The notes beneath the pieces are model-generated. The model was not told the origin of the DNA. It searched no databases and was given only the letters and a program-made list of their open reading frames with translations. From the human T2T-CHM13v2.0 reference genome, Homo sapiens, in assembly GCF_009914755.1 (NCBI RefSeq), contig NC_060925.1: 64,000 bases of DNA, one strand, 5' to 3'. Of this stretch, positions 1-12,800 are shown piece by piece. How positions within the stretch are numbered: the stretch's first letter is position 1; each line of letters opens with the position of its first letter. Both the position numbers and the translations under genes were made by a program.

Positions 1-60
1 CTGTCTAAGGGAACGTTCAACTCTGTGAGTTGAATGCACACAACACAAGGAAGTTACTGG

Positions 61-400
61 GAATTCTTCTGTCTAGCCTTACATGAAAAAAACCCGTTTC
101 CAACGAAGGCCTCTAAGTGGTCAAAATATCCACGTGCAGTCTTTACAAACAGAGTGTTTCCAAACCGCTGAATGAAAAGAAAAGTTAAACTCTGAGAGTT
201 GAACGCACACATCACGCAGCAGTTTCTGAGAATGATTCTGTCTAGTTTTTATACAAAGATATTTCCTTTTCTGCCTTTGGCCCCAAAGCGCTTGAAATCT
301 CCACTTGCAAATTCCACAAAAACAGTGTTTCAAATCTGCTCTCTCTAAATGAAAGTTCAACTCTGTCAGTTGAATACACACAACACAAGGAAGTTACTGA
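61..400 (-). repeat. HOR marker dimer (representative of 31 full copies)
   Basis: Diagnostic bases are CCTTACATGAAAAAAACCCG, CTCTAAGTGGTCAAAA, CCAAACCGCTGAATG, GCCTTTGGCCCCAAAG and CTCTCTCTAAATGAAAG. The 'MCIQLTEL' pseudo-ORF tracks it at 381, 3442, 5483, 8204, 10244, 12960, 16362 ... 63932. Confidence 0.93.
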
Positions 401-431
401 GAATTCTTCTGTCTAGCATAATATGAAGAAA

Positions 432-448
432 TCCCGTTTCCAACGAAG
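432..448 (-). other. CENP-B box (representative; recurs every ~340 bp, ~188 positions)
   Basis: TCCCGTTTCCAACGAAG is the reverse complement of canonical CTTCGTTGGAAACGGGA, with the core nTTCGnnnnAnnCGGGn intact. It is also at 772, 1112, 1792 and onward, and as the ACCCG variant at 92-108. Confidence 0.97.
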
Positions 449-1282
449 GCCTCAAAGGGGTCTGAATATCCACTTGCAGACTTTATAAACAGAGTGTTTA
501 CTAACTGCTCTAGGAAAAGAAAGGTTAAACTCTGTGAGTTGAACACACACATCACAAAGGAGTTTCTGAGAATCATTCTGTCTAGTTTTTCTACGAAGAT
601 ATTTCCTTTTCTACTATTGACCCCAAAGCGACTGAAATCTCCACTTGCAAATTCCACAAAAAGAGTGTTTCAAGTCTGCTCTGTGTAAAGGATCGTTCAA
701 CTCTGTGAGTTGAATACACACAACACAAGGAAGTTAGTGAGAATTCTTCTGTCTAGCAGAATATGAAGAAATCCCGTTTCCAACGAAGGCCTCAAAGAGG
801 TCTGAATATCCACTTGCAGACTTTACAAACAGAGTGTTTCCTAACTGCTCTATGAAAAGAAAGGTTAAACTCTGTGAGTTGAACGCACACATCACAAAGG
901 AGTTTCTGAGAATCGTTCTGTCTAGTTTCTATAGGAAGATATTTCCTATTCTACCATTGACCTCAAAGCGGCTGAAATCTCCACTTGCAAATTCCACAAA
1001 AAGAGTGTTTCAAGTCTGCTCTGTGTAAAGGATCGTTCAACTCTGTGAGTTGAATACACACAACACAAGGAAGTTACTGAGAATTATTCTGTCTAGCATA
1101 ATATGAAGAAATCCCGTTTCCAACGAAGGCCTCAAAGAGGTCTGAATATCCACTTGCAGACTTTACAAACAGAGTGTTTCCTAACTGCTCTATGAAAAGA
1201 AAAGTTAAACTCTGTGATTTGAACGCACACATCACAAAGGAGTTTATGAGAATCATTCTGTCTATTCTTTATACGAAGATAT

Positions 1283-1299
1283 TTCCTTTTCTACCATTG
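1283..1299 (-). other. pJalpha/A-box-type motif of the alternate monomer (representative)
   Basis: TTCCTTTTCTACCATTG lies 171 bp after the CENP-B box at 1112, in the homologous position of the other monomer. The minus strand reads CAATGGTAGAAAAGGAA, resembling the A-type monomer box. Confidence 0.75.
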
Positions 1300-4200
1300 A
1301 CCTCAAAGCGGCTGTAATCTCCACTTGCAAATTCCACAAAAAGTGTGTTTCAAGTCTGCTCTGTGTAAAGGATCGTTCAACTCTGTGAGTTGAATACACA
1401 CAACACAAAGAAGTTACTGAGAATTCTTCTGTCTAGCAGAATATGAAGAAATCCGGTTTCCAACGAAGGCCTCAAGGAGGTCTGAATATCCACTTGCAGA
1501 CTTTACAAACAGAGTGTTTCCTAACTGCTCTATGAACAGAAAGGTTAAACTCTGTGAGTTGAACGCACACATCACAAAGGAGTTTCTGAGAATCATTCTG
1601 TCTAGTTTTTCTACGAAGATATTTCCTTTTCTACTATTGACCCCAAAGCGACTGAAATCTCCACTTGCAAATTCCACAAAAAGAGTGTTTCAAGTCTGCT
1701 CTGTGTAAAGGATCGTTCAACTCTGTGAGTTGAATACACACAACACAAGGAAGTTAGTGAGAATTCTTCTGTCTAGCAGAATATGAAGAAATCCCGTTTC
1801 CAACGAAGGCCTCAAAGAGGTCTGAATATCCACTTGCAGACTTTACAAACAGAGTGTTTCCTAACTGCTCTATGAACAGAAAGGTTAAACTCTGTGAGTT
1901 GAACGCACACATCACAAAGGAGTTTCTGAGAATCATTCTGTCTAGTCTTTATACGAAGATATTTACTTTTCTACCATTGACCTCAAAGCGGCTGAAATCT
2001 CCACTTGCAAATTCCACAAAAAGAGTGTTTCAAGTCTGCTCTGTGTAAAGGATCATTCAACTCTGTGAGTTGAATATACACAACACAAGGAAGTTACTGA
2101 GAATTCTTCTGTCTAGCAGAATATGAAGAAATCCCGTTTCCAACGAAGGCCTCAAGGAGGTCTGAATATCCACTTGCAGACTTTACAAACAGAGTGTTTC
2201 CTAACTGCTCTATGAAAAGAAAGGTTAAACTCTGTGAGTTGAACGCACACATCACAAAGGAGTTTATGAGAATCATTCTGTCTAGTTTCTATAAGAAGAT
2301 ATTTCCTATTCTACCATTCACCTCAAAGCGGCTGAAATCTCCACTTGAAAATTCGACAAAAAGAGTGTTTCAAGCCTGCTCTCTGTAAAGGATCCTTCAA
2401 CTCGGTGAGTTGAATACACACAACACAAGGAAGTTACTGAGAATTATTCTGTCTAGCATAATATGAAGAAATCCCGTTTCCAACGAAGGCCTCAAAGAGG
2501 TCTGAATATCCACTTGCAGACTTTACAAACAGAGTGTTTCCTAACTGCTCTATGAGAAGAAAAGTTAAACTCTGTGAGTTGAACGCACACATCACAAAAG
2601 ATTTTCTGAGAATCATTCTGTCTAGTCTTTATATGAAGATAGTTTCCTTTTCTACCATTGACCTCAATGCGGCTGAAATCTCCACTTGCAAATTCCACAA
2701 AAAGAGTGTTTCAAGTCTGCTCTGTGTAAAGGATCGTTCAACTCTGTGAGTTGAATACACACAACACAAGGAAGTTACTGAGAATTCTTCTGTCTAGCAG
2801 AATATGAAGAAATCCCGTTTCCAACGAAGGCCTCTAGGAGTTCTGAATATCCACTTGCAGACTTTACAAACAGAGTGTTTCCTAACTGCTCTATGAACAG
2901 AAAGGTTAAACTCTGTGAGTTGAACGAACACATCACAACGCAGTTTGTGGGAATGATTCTGTCTAGTTTTGAAACGAAGATATTTCCTTTTCTGCCGTTG
3001 ACCTTAAAGCGCTTGAAATCTACACTTGCAAATTGCACAAATAGAGTGTTTCAAATCTGCTCTGTCTAAGGGAACGTTCAACTCTGTGAGTTGAATGCAC
3101 ACAACACAAGGAAGTTACTGGGAATTCTTCTGTCTAGCCTTACATGAAAAAAACCCGTTTCCAACGAAGGCCTCTAAGTGGTCAAAATATCCACGTGCAG
3201 ACTTTACAAACAGAGTGTTTCCAAACCGCTGAATGAAAAGAAAAGTTAAACTCTGAGAGTTGAACGCACACATCACGCAGCAGTTTCTGAGAATGATTCT
3301 GTCTAGTTTTTATACGAAGATATTTCCTTTTCTGCCTTTGGCCCCAAAGCGCTTGAAATCTCCACTTGCAAATTCCACAAAAACAGTGTTTCAAATCTGC
3401 TCTCTCTAAATGAAAGTTCAACTCTGTCAGTTGAATACACACAACACAAGGAAGTTACTGAGAATTCTTCTGTCTAGCATAATATGAAGAAATCCCGTTT
3501 CCAACGAAGGCCTCAAAGGGGTCTGAATATCCACTTGCAGACTTTACAAACAGAGTGTTTCCTAACTGCTCTATGAAAAGAAAAGTTAAACTCTGTGATT
3601 TGAACGCACACATCACAAAGGAGTTTATGAGAATCATTCTGTCTATTCTTTATACGAAGATATTTCCTTTTCTACCATTGACCTCAAAGCGGCAGAAATC
3701 TCCACTTGCAAATTCCACAAAAAGAGTGTTTCAAGTCTGCTCTGTGTAAAGGATCGTTCAACTCTGTGAGTTGAATACACACAACACAAAGAAGTTACTG
3801 AGAATTCTTCTGTCTAGCAGAATATGAAGAAATCCGGTTTCCAACGAAGGCCTCAAGGAGGTCTGAATATCCACTTGCAGACTTTACAAACAGAGTGTTT
3901 CCTAACTGCTCTATGAACAGAAAGGTTAAACTCTGTGAGTTGAACGCACACATCACAAAGGAGTTTCTGAGAATCATTCTGTCTAGTCTTTATACGAAGA
4001 TATTTACTTTTCTACCATTGACCTCAAAGCTGCTGAAATCTCCACTTGCAAATTCCACAAAAAGAGTGTTTCAAGTCTGCTCTGTGTAAAGGATCATTCA
4101 ACTCTGTGAGTTGAATATACACAACACAAGGAAGTTACTGAGAATTCTTCTGTCTAGCGGAATATGAAGAAATCCCGTTTCCAACGAAGGCCTCAAGGAG

Positions 4201-4499
4201 GTCTGAATATCCACTTGCAGACTTTACAAACAGAGTGTTTCCTAACTGCTCTATGAAAAGAAAGGTTAAACTCTGTGAGTTGAACGCACACATCACAAAG
4301 GAGTTTATGAGAATCATTCTGTCTAGTTTCTATAAGAAGATATTTCCTATTCTACCATTCACCTCAAAACGGCTGAAATCTCCACTTGAAAATTTGACAA
4401 AAAGAATGTTTCAAGCCTGCTCTCTGTAAAGGATCCTTCAACTCGGTGAGTTGAATACACACAACACAAGGAAGTTACTGAGAATTATTCTGTCTAGCA

Positions 4500-7400
4500 T
4501 AATATGAAGAAATCCCGTTTCCAACGAAGGCCTCAAAGAGGTCTGAATATCCACTTGCAGACTTTACAAACAGAGTGTTTCCTAACTGCTCTATGAGAAG
4601 AAAAGTTAAACTCTGTGAGTTGAACGCACACATCACAAAAGATTTTCTGAGAATCATTCTGTCTAGTCTTTATATGAAGATAGTTTCCTTTTCTACCATT
4701 GACCTCAATGCGGCTGAAATCTCCACTTGCAAATTCCACAAAAAGAGTGTTTCAAGTCTGCTCTGTGTAAAGGATCGTTCAACTCTGTGAGTTGAATACA
4801 CACAACACAAGGAAGTTACTGAGAATTCTTCTGTCTAGCAGAATATGAAGAAATCCCGTTTCCAACTAAGGCCTCTAGGAGGTCTGAATATCCACTTGCA
4901 GACTTTACAAACAGAGTGTTTCCTAACTGCTCTATGAACAGAAAGGTTAAACTCTGTGAGTTGAACGAACACATCACAACGCAGTTTGTGGGAATGATTC
5001 TGTCTAGTTTTGAAACGAAGATATTTCCTTTTCTGCCGTTGACCTTAAAGCGCTTGAAATCTACACTTGCAAATTGCACAAATAGAGTGTTTCAAATCTG
5101 CTCTGTCTAAGGGAACGTTCAACTCTGTGAGTTGAATGCACACAACACAAGGAAGTTACTGGGAATTCTTCTGTCTAGCCTTACATGAAAAAAACCCGTT
5201 TCCAACGAAGGCCTCTAAGTGGTCAAAATATCCACGTGCAGACTTTACAAACAGAGTGTTTCCAAACCGCTGAATGAAAAGAAAAGTTAAACTCTGAGAG
5301 TTGAACGCACACATCACGCAGCAGTTTCTGAGAATGATTCTGTCTAGTTTTTATACGAAGATATTTCCTTTTCTGCCTTTGGCCCCAAAGCGCTTGAAAT
5401 CTCCACTTGCAAATTCCACAAAAACAGTGTTTCAAATCTGCTCTCTCTAAATGAAAGTTCAACTCTGTCAGTTGAATACACACAACACAAGGAAGTTACT
5501 GAGAATTCTTCTGTCTAGCATAATATGAAGAAATCCCGTTTCCAACGAAGGCCTCAAAGGGGTCTGAATATCCACTTGCAGACTTTATAAAAAGAGTGTT
5601 TACTAACTGCTCTATGAAAAGAAAGGTTAAACTCTGTGAGTTGAACACACACATCACAAAGGAGTTTCTGAGAATCATTCTGTCTAGTTTTTCTACGAAG
5701 ATATTTCCTTTTCTACTATTGACCTCAAAGCGGCTGAAATCTCCACTTGCAAATTCCACAAAAAGAGTGTTTCAAGTCTGCTCTGTGTAAAGGATCGTTC
5801 AACTCTGTGAGTTGAATACACACAACACAAGGAAGTTACTGAGAATTCTTCTGTCTAGCAGAATATGAAGAAATCCCGTTTCCAACGAAGGCCTCAAGGA
5901 GGTCTGAATATCCACTTGCAGACTTTACAAACAGAGTGTTTCCTAACTGCTCTATGAACAGAAAGGTTAAACTCTGTGAGTTTAACGCACACATCACAAA
6001 GGAGTTTCTGAGAATCATTCTGTCTAGTCTTTATACGAAGATATTTACTTTTCTACCATTGACCTCAAAGCGGCTGAAATCTCCACTTGCAAATTCCACA
6101 AAAAGAGTGTTTCAAGTCTGCTCTGTGTAAAGGATCATTCAACTCTGTGAGTTGAATAAACACAACACAAGGAAGTTACTGAGAATTCTTCTGTCTAGCA
6201 GAATATGAAGAAATCCCGTTTCCAACGAAGGCCTCAAGGAGGTCTGAATATCCACTTGCAGACTTTACAAACAGAGTGTTTCCTAACTGCTCTATGAAAA
6301 GAAAGGTTAAACTCTGTGAGTTGAACGCACACATCACAAAGGAGTTTATGAGAATCATTCTGTCTAGTTTCTATAAGAAGATATTTCCTATTCTACCATT
6401 GACCTCAAAGCGGCTGAAATCTCCACTTGCAAATTCGACAAAAAGAGTGTTTCAAGCCTGCTCTCTGTAAAGGATCCTTCAACTCTGTGAGTTGAATACA
6501 CACAACACAAGGAAGTTACTGAGAATTATTCTGTCTAGCATAATATGAAGAAATCCCGTTTCCAACGACGGCCTCAAAGAGGTCTGAATATCCACTTGCA
6601 GACTTTACAAACAGAGTGTTTCCTAACTGCTCTATGAGAAGAAAAGTTAAACTCTGTGAGTTGAACGCACACATCACAAAAGATTTTCTGAGAATCATTC
6701 TGTCTAGTCTTTATATGAAGATAGTTTCCTTTTCTACCATTGACCTCAAAGCGGCTGAAATCTCCACTTGCAAATTCCACAAAAAGAGTGTTTCAAGTCT
6801 GCTCTGTGTAAAGGATCGTTCAACTCTGTGAGTTGAATACACACAACACAAGGAAGTTACTGAGAATTCTTCTGTCTAGCAGAATATGAAGAAATCCCGT
6901 TTCCAACGAAGGCCACAAGATGTCAGGATATCCACTTACAGACTTTACAAACAGAGTGTTTCCTAACTGCTCTATGAACAGAAAGGTTAAACTCTGTGAG
7001 TTGAACGAACACATCACAACGCAGTTTGTGGGAATGATTCTGTCTAGTTTTAAAACGAAGATATTTCCTTTTCTGCCATTGACCTTAAAGCGCTTGAAAT
7101 CTACACTTGCAAATTGCACAAATAGAGTGTTTCAAGTCTGCTCTGTGTAAAGGATCGTTCAACTCTGTGAGTTGAATACACACAACACAAGGAAGTTACT
7201 GAGAATTCTTCTGTCTAGCAGAATATGAAGAAATCCCGTTTCCAACGAAGGCCTCAAAGAGGTCTGAATATCCACTTGCAGACTTTACAAACAGAGTGTT
7301 TCCTAACTGCTCTATGAGAAGAAAAGTTAAACTCTGTGAGTTGAACGCACACATCACAAAAGATTTTCTGAGAATCATTCTGTCTAGTCTTTATATGAAG

Positions 7401-9855
7401 ATAGTTTCCTTTTCTACCATTGACCTCAATGCGGCTGAAATCTCCACTTGCAAATTCCACAAAAAGAGTGTTTCAAGTCTGCTCTGTGTAAAGGATCGTT
7501 CAACTCTGTGAGTTGAATACACACAACACAAGGAAGTTACTGAGAATTCTTCTGTCTAGCAGAATATGAAGAAATCCCGTTTCCAACGAAGGCCTCTAGG
7601 AGGTCTGAATATCCACTTGCAGACTTTACAAACAGAGTGTTTCCTAACTGCTCTATGAACAGAAAGGTTAAACTCTGTGAGTTGAACGAACACATCACAA
7701 CGCAGTTTGTGGGAATGATTCTGTCTAGTTTTGAAACGAAGATATTTCCTTTTCTGCCGTTGACCTTAAAGCGCTTGAAATCTACACTTGCAAATTGCAC
7801 AAATAGAGTGTTTCAAATCTGCTCTGTCTAAGGGAACGTTCAACTCTGTGAGTTGAATGCACACAACACAAGGAAGTTACTGGGAATTCTTCTGTCTAGC
7901 CTTACATGAAAAAAACCCGTTTCCAACGAAGGCCTCTAAGTGGTCAAAATATCCACGTGCAGACTTTACAAACAGAGTGTTTCCAAACCGCTGAATGAAA
8001 AGAAAAGTTAAACTCTGAGAGTTGAACGCACACATCACGCAGCAGTTTCTGAGAATGATTCTGTCTAGTTTTTATACGAAGATATTTCCTTTTCTGCCTT
8101 TGGCCCCAAAGCGCTTGAAATCTCCACTTGCAAATTCCACAAAAACAGTGTTTCAAATCTGCTCTCTCTAAATGAAAGTTCAACTCTGTCAGTTGAATAC
8201 ACACAACACAAGGAAGTTACTGAGAATTCTTCTGTCTAGCATAATATGAAGAAATCCCGTTTCCAACGAAGGCCTCAAAGGGGTCTGAATATCCACTTGC
8301 AGACTTTATAAACAGAGTGTTTACTAACTGCTCTATGAAAAGAAAGGTTAAACTCTGTGAGTTGAACACACACATCACAAAGGAGTTTCTGAGAATCATT
8401 CTGTCTAGTTTTTCTACGAAGATATTTCCTTTTCTACTATTGACCTCAAAGCGGCTGAAATCTCCACTTGCAAATTCCACAAAAAGAGTGTTTCAAGTCT
8501 GCTCTGTGTAAAGGATCGTTCAACTCTGTGAGTTGAATACACACAACACAAGGAAGTTACTGAGAATTCTTCTGTCTAGCAGAATATGAAGAAATCCCGT
8601 TTCCAACGAAGGCCTCAAGGAGGTCTGAATATCCACTTGCAGACTTTACAAACAGAGTGTTTCCTAACTGCTCTATGAACAGAAAGGTTAAACTCTGTGA
8701 GTTGAACGCACACATCACAAAGGAGTTTCTGAGAATCATTCTGTCTAGTCTTTATACGAAGATATTTACTTTTCTACCATTGACCTCAAAGCGGCTGAAA
8801 TCTCCACTTGCAAATTCCACAAAAAGAGTGTTTCAAGTCTGCTCTGTGTAAAGGATCATTCAACTCTGTGAGTTGAATAAACACAACACAAGGAAGTTAC
8901 TGAGAATTCTTCTGTCTAGCAGAATATGAAGAAATCCCGTTTCCAACGAAGGCCTCAAGGAGGTCTGAATATCCACTTGCAGACTTTACAAACAGAGTGT
9001 TTCCTAACTGCTCTATGAAAAGAAAGGTTAAACTCTGTGAGTTGAACGCACACATCACAAAGGAGTTTATGAGAATCATTCTGTCTAGTTTCTATAAGAA
9101 GATATTTCCTATTCTACCATTGACCTCAAAGCGGCTGAAATCTCCACTTGCAAATTCGACAAAAAGAGTGTTTCAAGCCTGCTCTCTGTAAAGGATCCTT
9201 CAACTCTGTGAGTTGAATACACACAACACAAGGAAGTTACTGAGAATTATTCTGTCTAGCATAATATGAAGAAATCCCGTTTCCAACGAAGGCCTCAAAG
9301 AGGTCTGAATATCCACTTGCAGACTTTACAAACACAGTGTTTCCTAACTGCTCTATGAGAAGAAAAGTTAAACTCTGTGAGTTGAACGCACACATCACAA
9401 AAGATTTTCTGAGAATCATTCTGTCTAGTCTTTATATGAAGATAGTTTCCTTTTCTACCATTGACCTCAAAGCGGCTGAAATCTCCACTTGCAAATTCCA
9501 CAAAAAGAGTGTTTCAAGTCTGCTCTGTGTAAAGGATCGTTCAACTCTGTGAGTTGAATACACACAACACAAGGAAGTTACTGAGAATTCTTCTGTCTAG
9601 CAGAATATGAAGAAATCCCGTTTCCAACGAAGGCCACAAGATGTCAGAATATCCACTTACAGACTTTACAAACAGAGTGTTTCCTAACTGCTCTATGAAC
9701 AGAAAGGTTAAACTCTGTGAGTTGAAAGAACACATCACAACGCAGTTTGTGGGAATGATTCTGTCTAGTTTTGAAACGAAGATATTTCCTTTTCTGCCGT
9801 TGACCTTAAAGCGCTTGAAATCTACACTTGCAAATTGCACAAATAGAGTGTTTCA
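4500..9855. repeat. Tandem duplication of a 2,721-bp (8-dimer) block
   Basis: Offset of 2721 for ORFs 4575/7296, 5223/7944, 5596/8317, 6276/8997, 6616/9337 and 6920/9641. Confidence 0.88.
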
Positions 9856-12800
9856 AATCTGCTCTGTCTAAGGGAACGTTCAACTCTGTGAGTTGAATGC
9901 ACACAACACATGGAAGTTACTGGGAATTCTTCTGTCTAGCCTTACATGAAAAAAACCCGTTTCCAACGAAGGCCTCTAAGTGGTCAAAATATCCACGTGC
10001 AGACTTTACAAACAGAGTGTTTCCAAACCGCTGAATGAAAAGAAAAGTTAAACTCTGAGAGTTGAACGCACACATCACGCAGCAGTTTCTGAGAATGATT
10101 CTGTCTAGTTTTTATACGAAGATATTTCCTTTTCTGCCTTTGGCCCCAAAGCGCTTGAAATCTCCACTTGCAAATTCCACAAAAACAGTGTTTCAAATCT
10201 GCTCTCTCTAAATGAAAGTTCAACTCTGTCAGTTGAATACACACAACACAAGGAAGTTACTGAGAATTCTTCTGTCTAGCATAATATGAAGAAATCCCGT
10301 TTCCAACGAAGGCCTCAAAGGGGTCTGAATATCCACTTGCAGACTTTATAAACAGAGTGTTTACTAACTGCTCTATGAAAAGAAAGGTTAAACTCTGTGA
10401 GTTGAACACACACATCACAAAGGAGTTTCTGAGAATCATTCTGTCTAGTTTTTCTACGAAGATATTTCCTTTTCTACTATTGACCTGAAAGCGGCTGAAA
10501 TCTCCACTTGCAAATTCCACAAAAAGAGTGTTTCAAGTCTGCTCTGTGTAAAGGATCGTTCAACTCTGTGAGTTGAATACACACAACACAAGGAAGTTAC
10601 TGAGAATTCTTCTGTCTAGCAGAATATGAAGAAATCCCGTTTCCAACGAAGGCCTCAAAGAGGTCTGAATATCCACTTGCAGACTTTACAAACAGAGTGT
10701 TTCCTAACTGCTCTATGAAAAGAAAAGTTAAACTCTGTGAGTTGAACGCACACATCACAAAGGAGTTTCTGAGAATCGTTCTGTCTAGTTTCTATAGGAA
10801 GATATTTCCTATTCTACCATTGACCTCAAAGCGGCTGAAATCTCCACTTGCAAATTCCACAAAAAGAATGTTTCAAGTCTGCTCTGTGTAAAGGATCGTT
10901 CAACTCTGTGAGTTGAATACACACAACACAAGGAAGTTACTGAGAATTATTCTGTCTAGCATAATATGAAGATATCCCGTTTCCAACGAAGGCCTCAAAG
11001 AGGTCTGAATATCCACTTGCAGACTTTACAAACAGAGTGTTTCCTAACTGCTCTATGAAAAGAAAAGTTAAACTCTGTGAGTTGAACGCACACATCACAA
11101 AGGAGTTTCTGAGAATCATTCTGTCTAGTCTTTATACGAAGATATTTCCTTTTCTACCATTGACCTCAAAGCGGCTGAAATCTCCACTTGCAAATTCCAC
11201 AAAAAGAGTGTTTCAAGTCTGCTCTGTGTAAAGGATCGTTCAACTCTGTGAGTTGAATACACACAACACAAGGAAGTTACTGAGAATTCTTCTGTCTAGC
11301 AGAATATGAAGAAATCCCGTTTCCAACGAAGGCCTCAAGGAGGTCTGAATATCCACTTGCAGACTTTACAAACAGAGTGTTTCCTAACTGCTCTATGAAA
11401 AGAAAGGTTAAACTCTGTGAGTTGAACGCACACATCACAAAGGAGTTTCAGAGAATCCTTCTGTCTAGTTTCTATAGGAAGATATTTCCTATTCTACCAT
11501 TGACCTCAAAGCGGCTGAAATCTCCACTTGCAAATTCCACAAAAAGAATGTTTCAAGTCTGCTCTGTGTAAAGGATCGTTCAACTCTGTGAGTTGAATAC
11601 ACACAACACAAGGAAGTTACTGAGAATTCTTCTGTCTAGCATAATATGAAGAAATCCCGTTTCCAACGAAGGCCTCAAAGAGGTCTGAATATCCACTTGC
11701 AGACTTTACAAACAGAGTGTTTCCTAACTGCTCTATGAAAAGAAAAGTTAAACTCTGTGAGTTGAACGCACACATCACAAAGGAGTTTATGAGAATCATT
11801 CTGTCTAGTCTTTATACGAAGATATTTCCTTTTCTACCATTGACCTCAAAGCGGCTGAAATCTCCACTTGCAAATTCCACAAAAAGAGTGTTTCAAGTCT
11901 GCTCTGTGTAAAGGATCGTTCAACTCTGTGAGTTGAATACACACAACACAAGGAAGTTACTGAGAATTCTTCTGTCTAGCAGAATATGAAGAAATCCCGT
12001 TTCCAACGAAGGCCTCAAGGAGGTCTGAATATCCACTTGCAGACTTTACAAACAGAGTGTTTCCTAACTGCTCTATGAACAGAAAGGTTAAACTCTGTGA
12101 GTTGAACGCACACATCACAAAGGAGTTTCTGAGAATCATTCTGTCTAGTCTTTATACGATGATATTTACTTTTCTACCATTGACCTCAAAGCGGCTGAAA
12201 TCTCCACTTGCAAATTCCACAAAAAGAGTGTTTCAAGTCTGCTCTGTGTAAAGGATCATTCCATTCTGTGAGTTGAATAAACACAACACAAGGAAGTTAC
12301 TGAGAATTATTCTGTCTAGCAGAATATGAAGAAATCCCGTTTCCAAAGAAGGCCACAAGATGTCAGAATATCCACTTACAGACTTTACAGAGTGTTTCCT
12401 AACTGCTCTATGAACAGAAAGGTTAAACTCTGTGAGTTGAACGAACACATCACAACGCAGTTTGTGGGAATGATTCTGTCTAGTTTTGAAACGAAGATAT
12501 TTCCTTTTCTGCCATTGACCTTAAAGCGCTTGAAATCTACACTTGCAAATTGCACAAATAGAGTGTTTCAAATCTGCTCTGTCTAAGGGAACGTTCAACT
12601 CTGTGAGTTGAATGCACACAACACAAGGAAGTTACTGGGAATTCTTCTGTCTAGCCTTACATGAAAATAAACCCGTTTCCAACGAAGGCCTCTAAGTGGT
12701 CAAAATATCCACGTGCAGTCTTTACAAACAGAGTGTTTCCAAACCGCTGAATGAAAAGAAAAGTTAAACTCTGAGAGTTGAACGCACATATCATGCAGCA

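Noticed and set aside
131-136. E-box CACGTG once per marker dimer
   Set aside because: It is a 6-mer one substitution away from the consensus CACTTG, multiplied by repeat amplification and lost in some copies (CTACGTG). There is no evidence of function.
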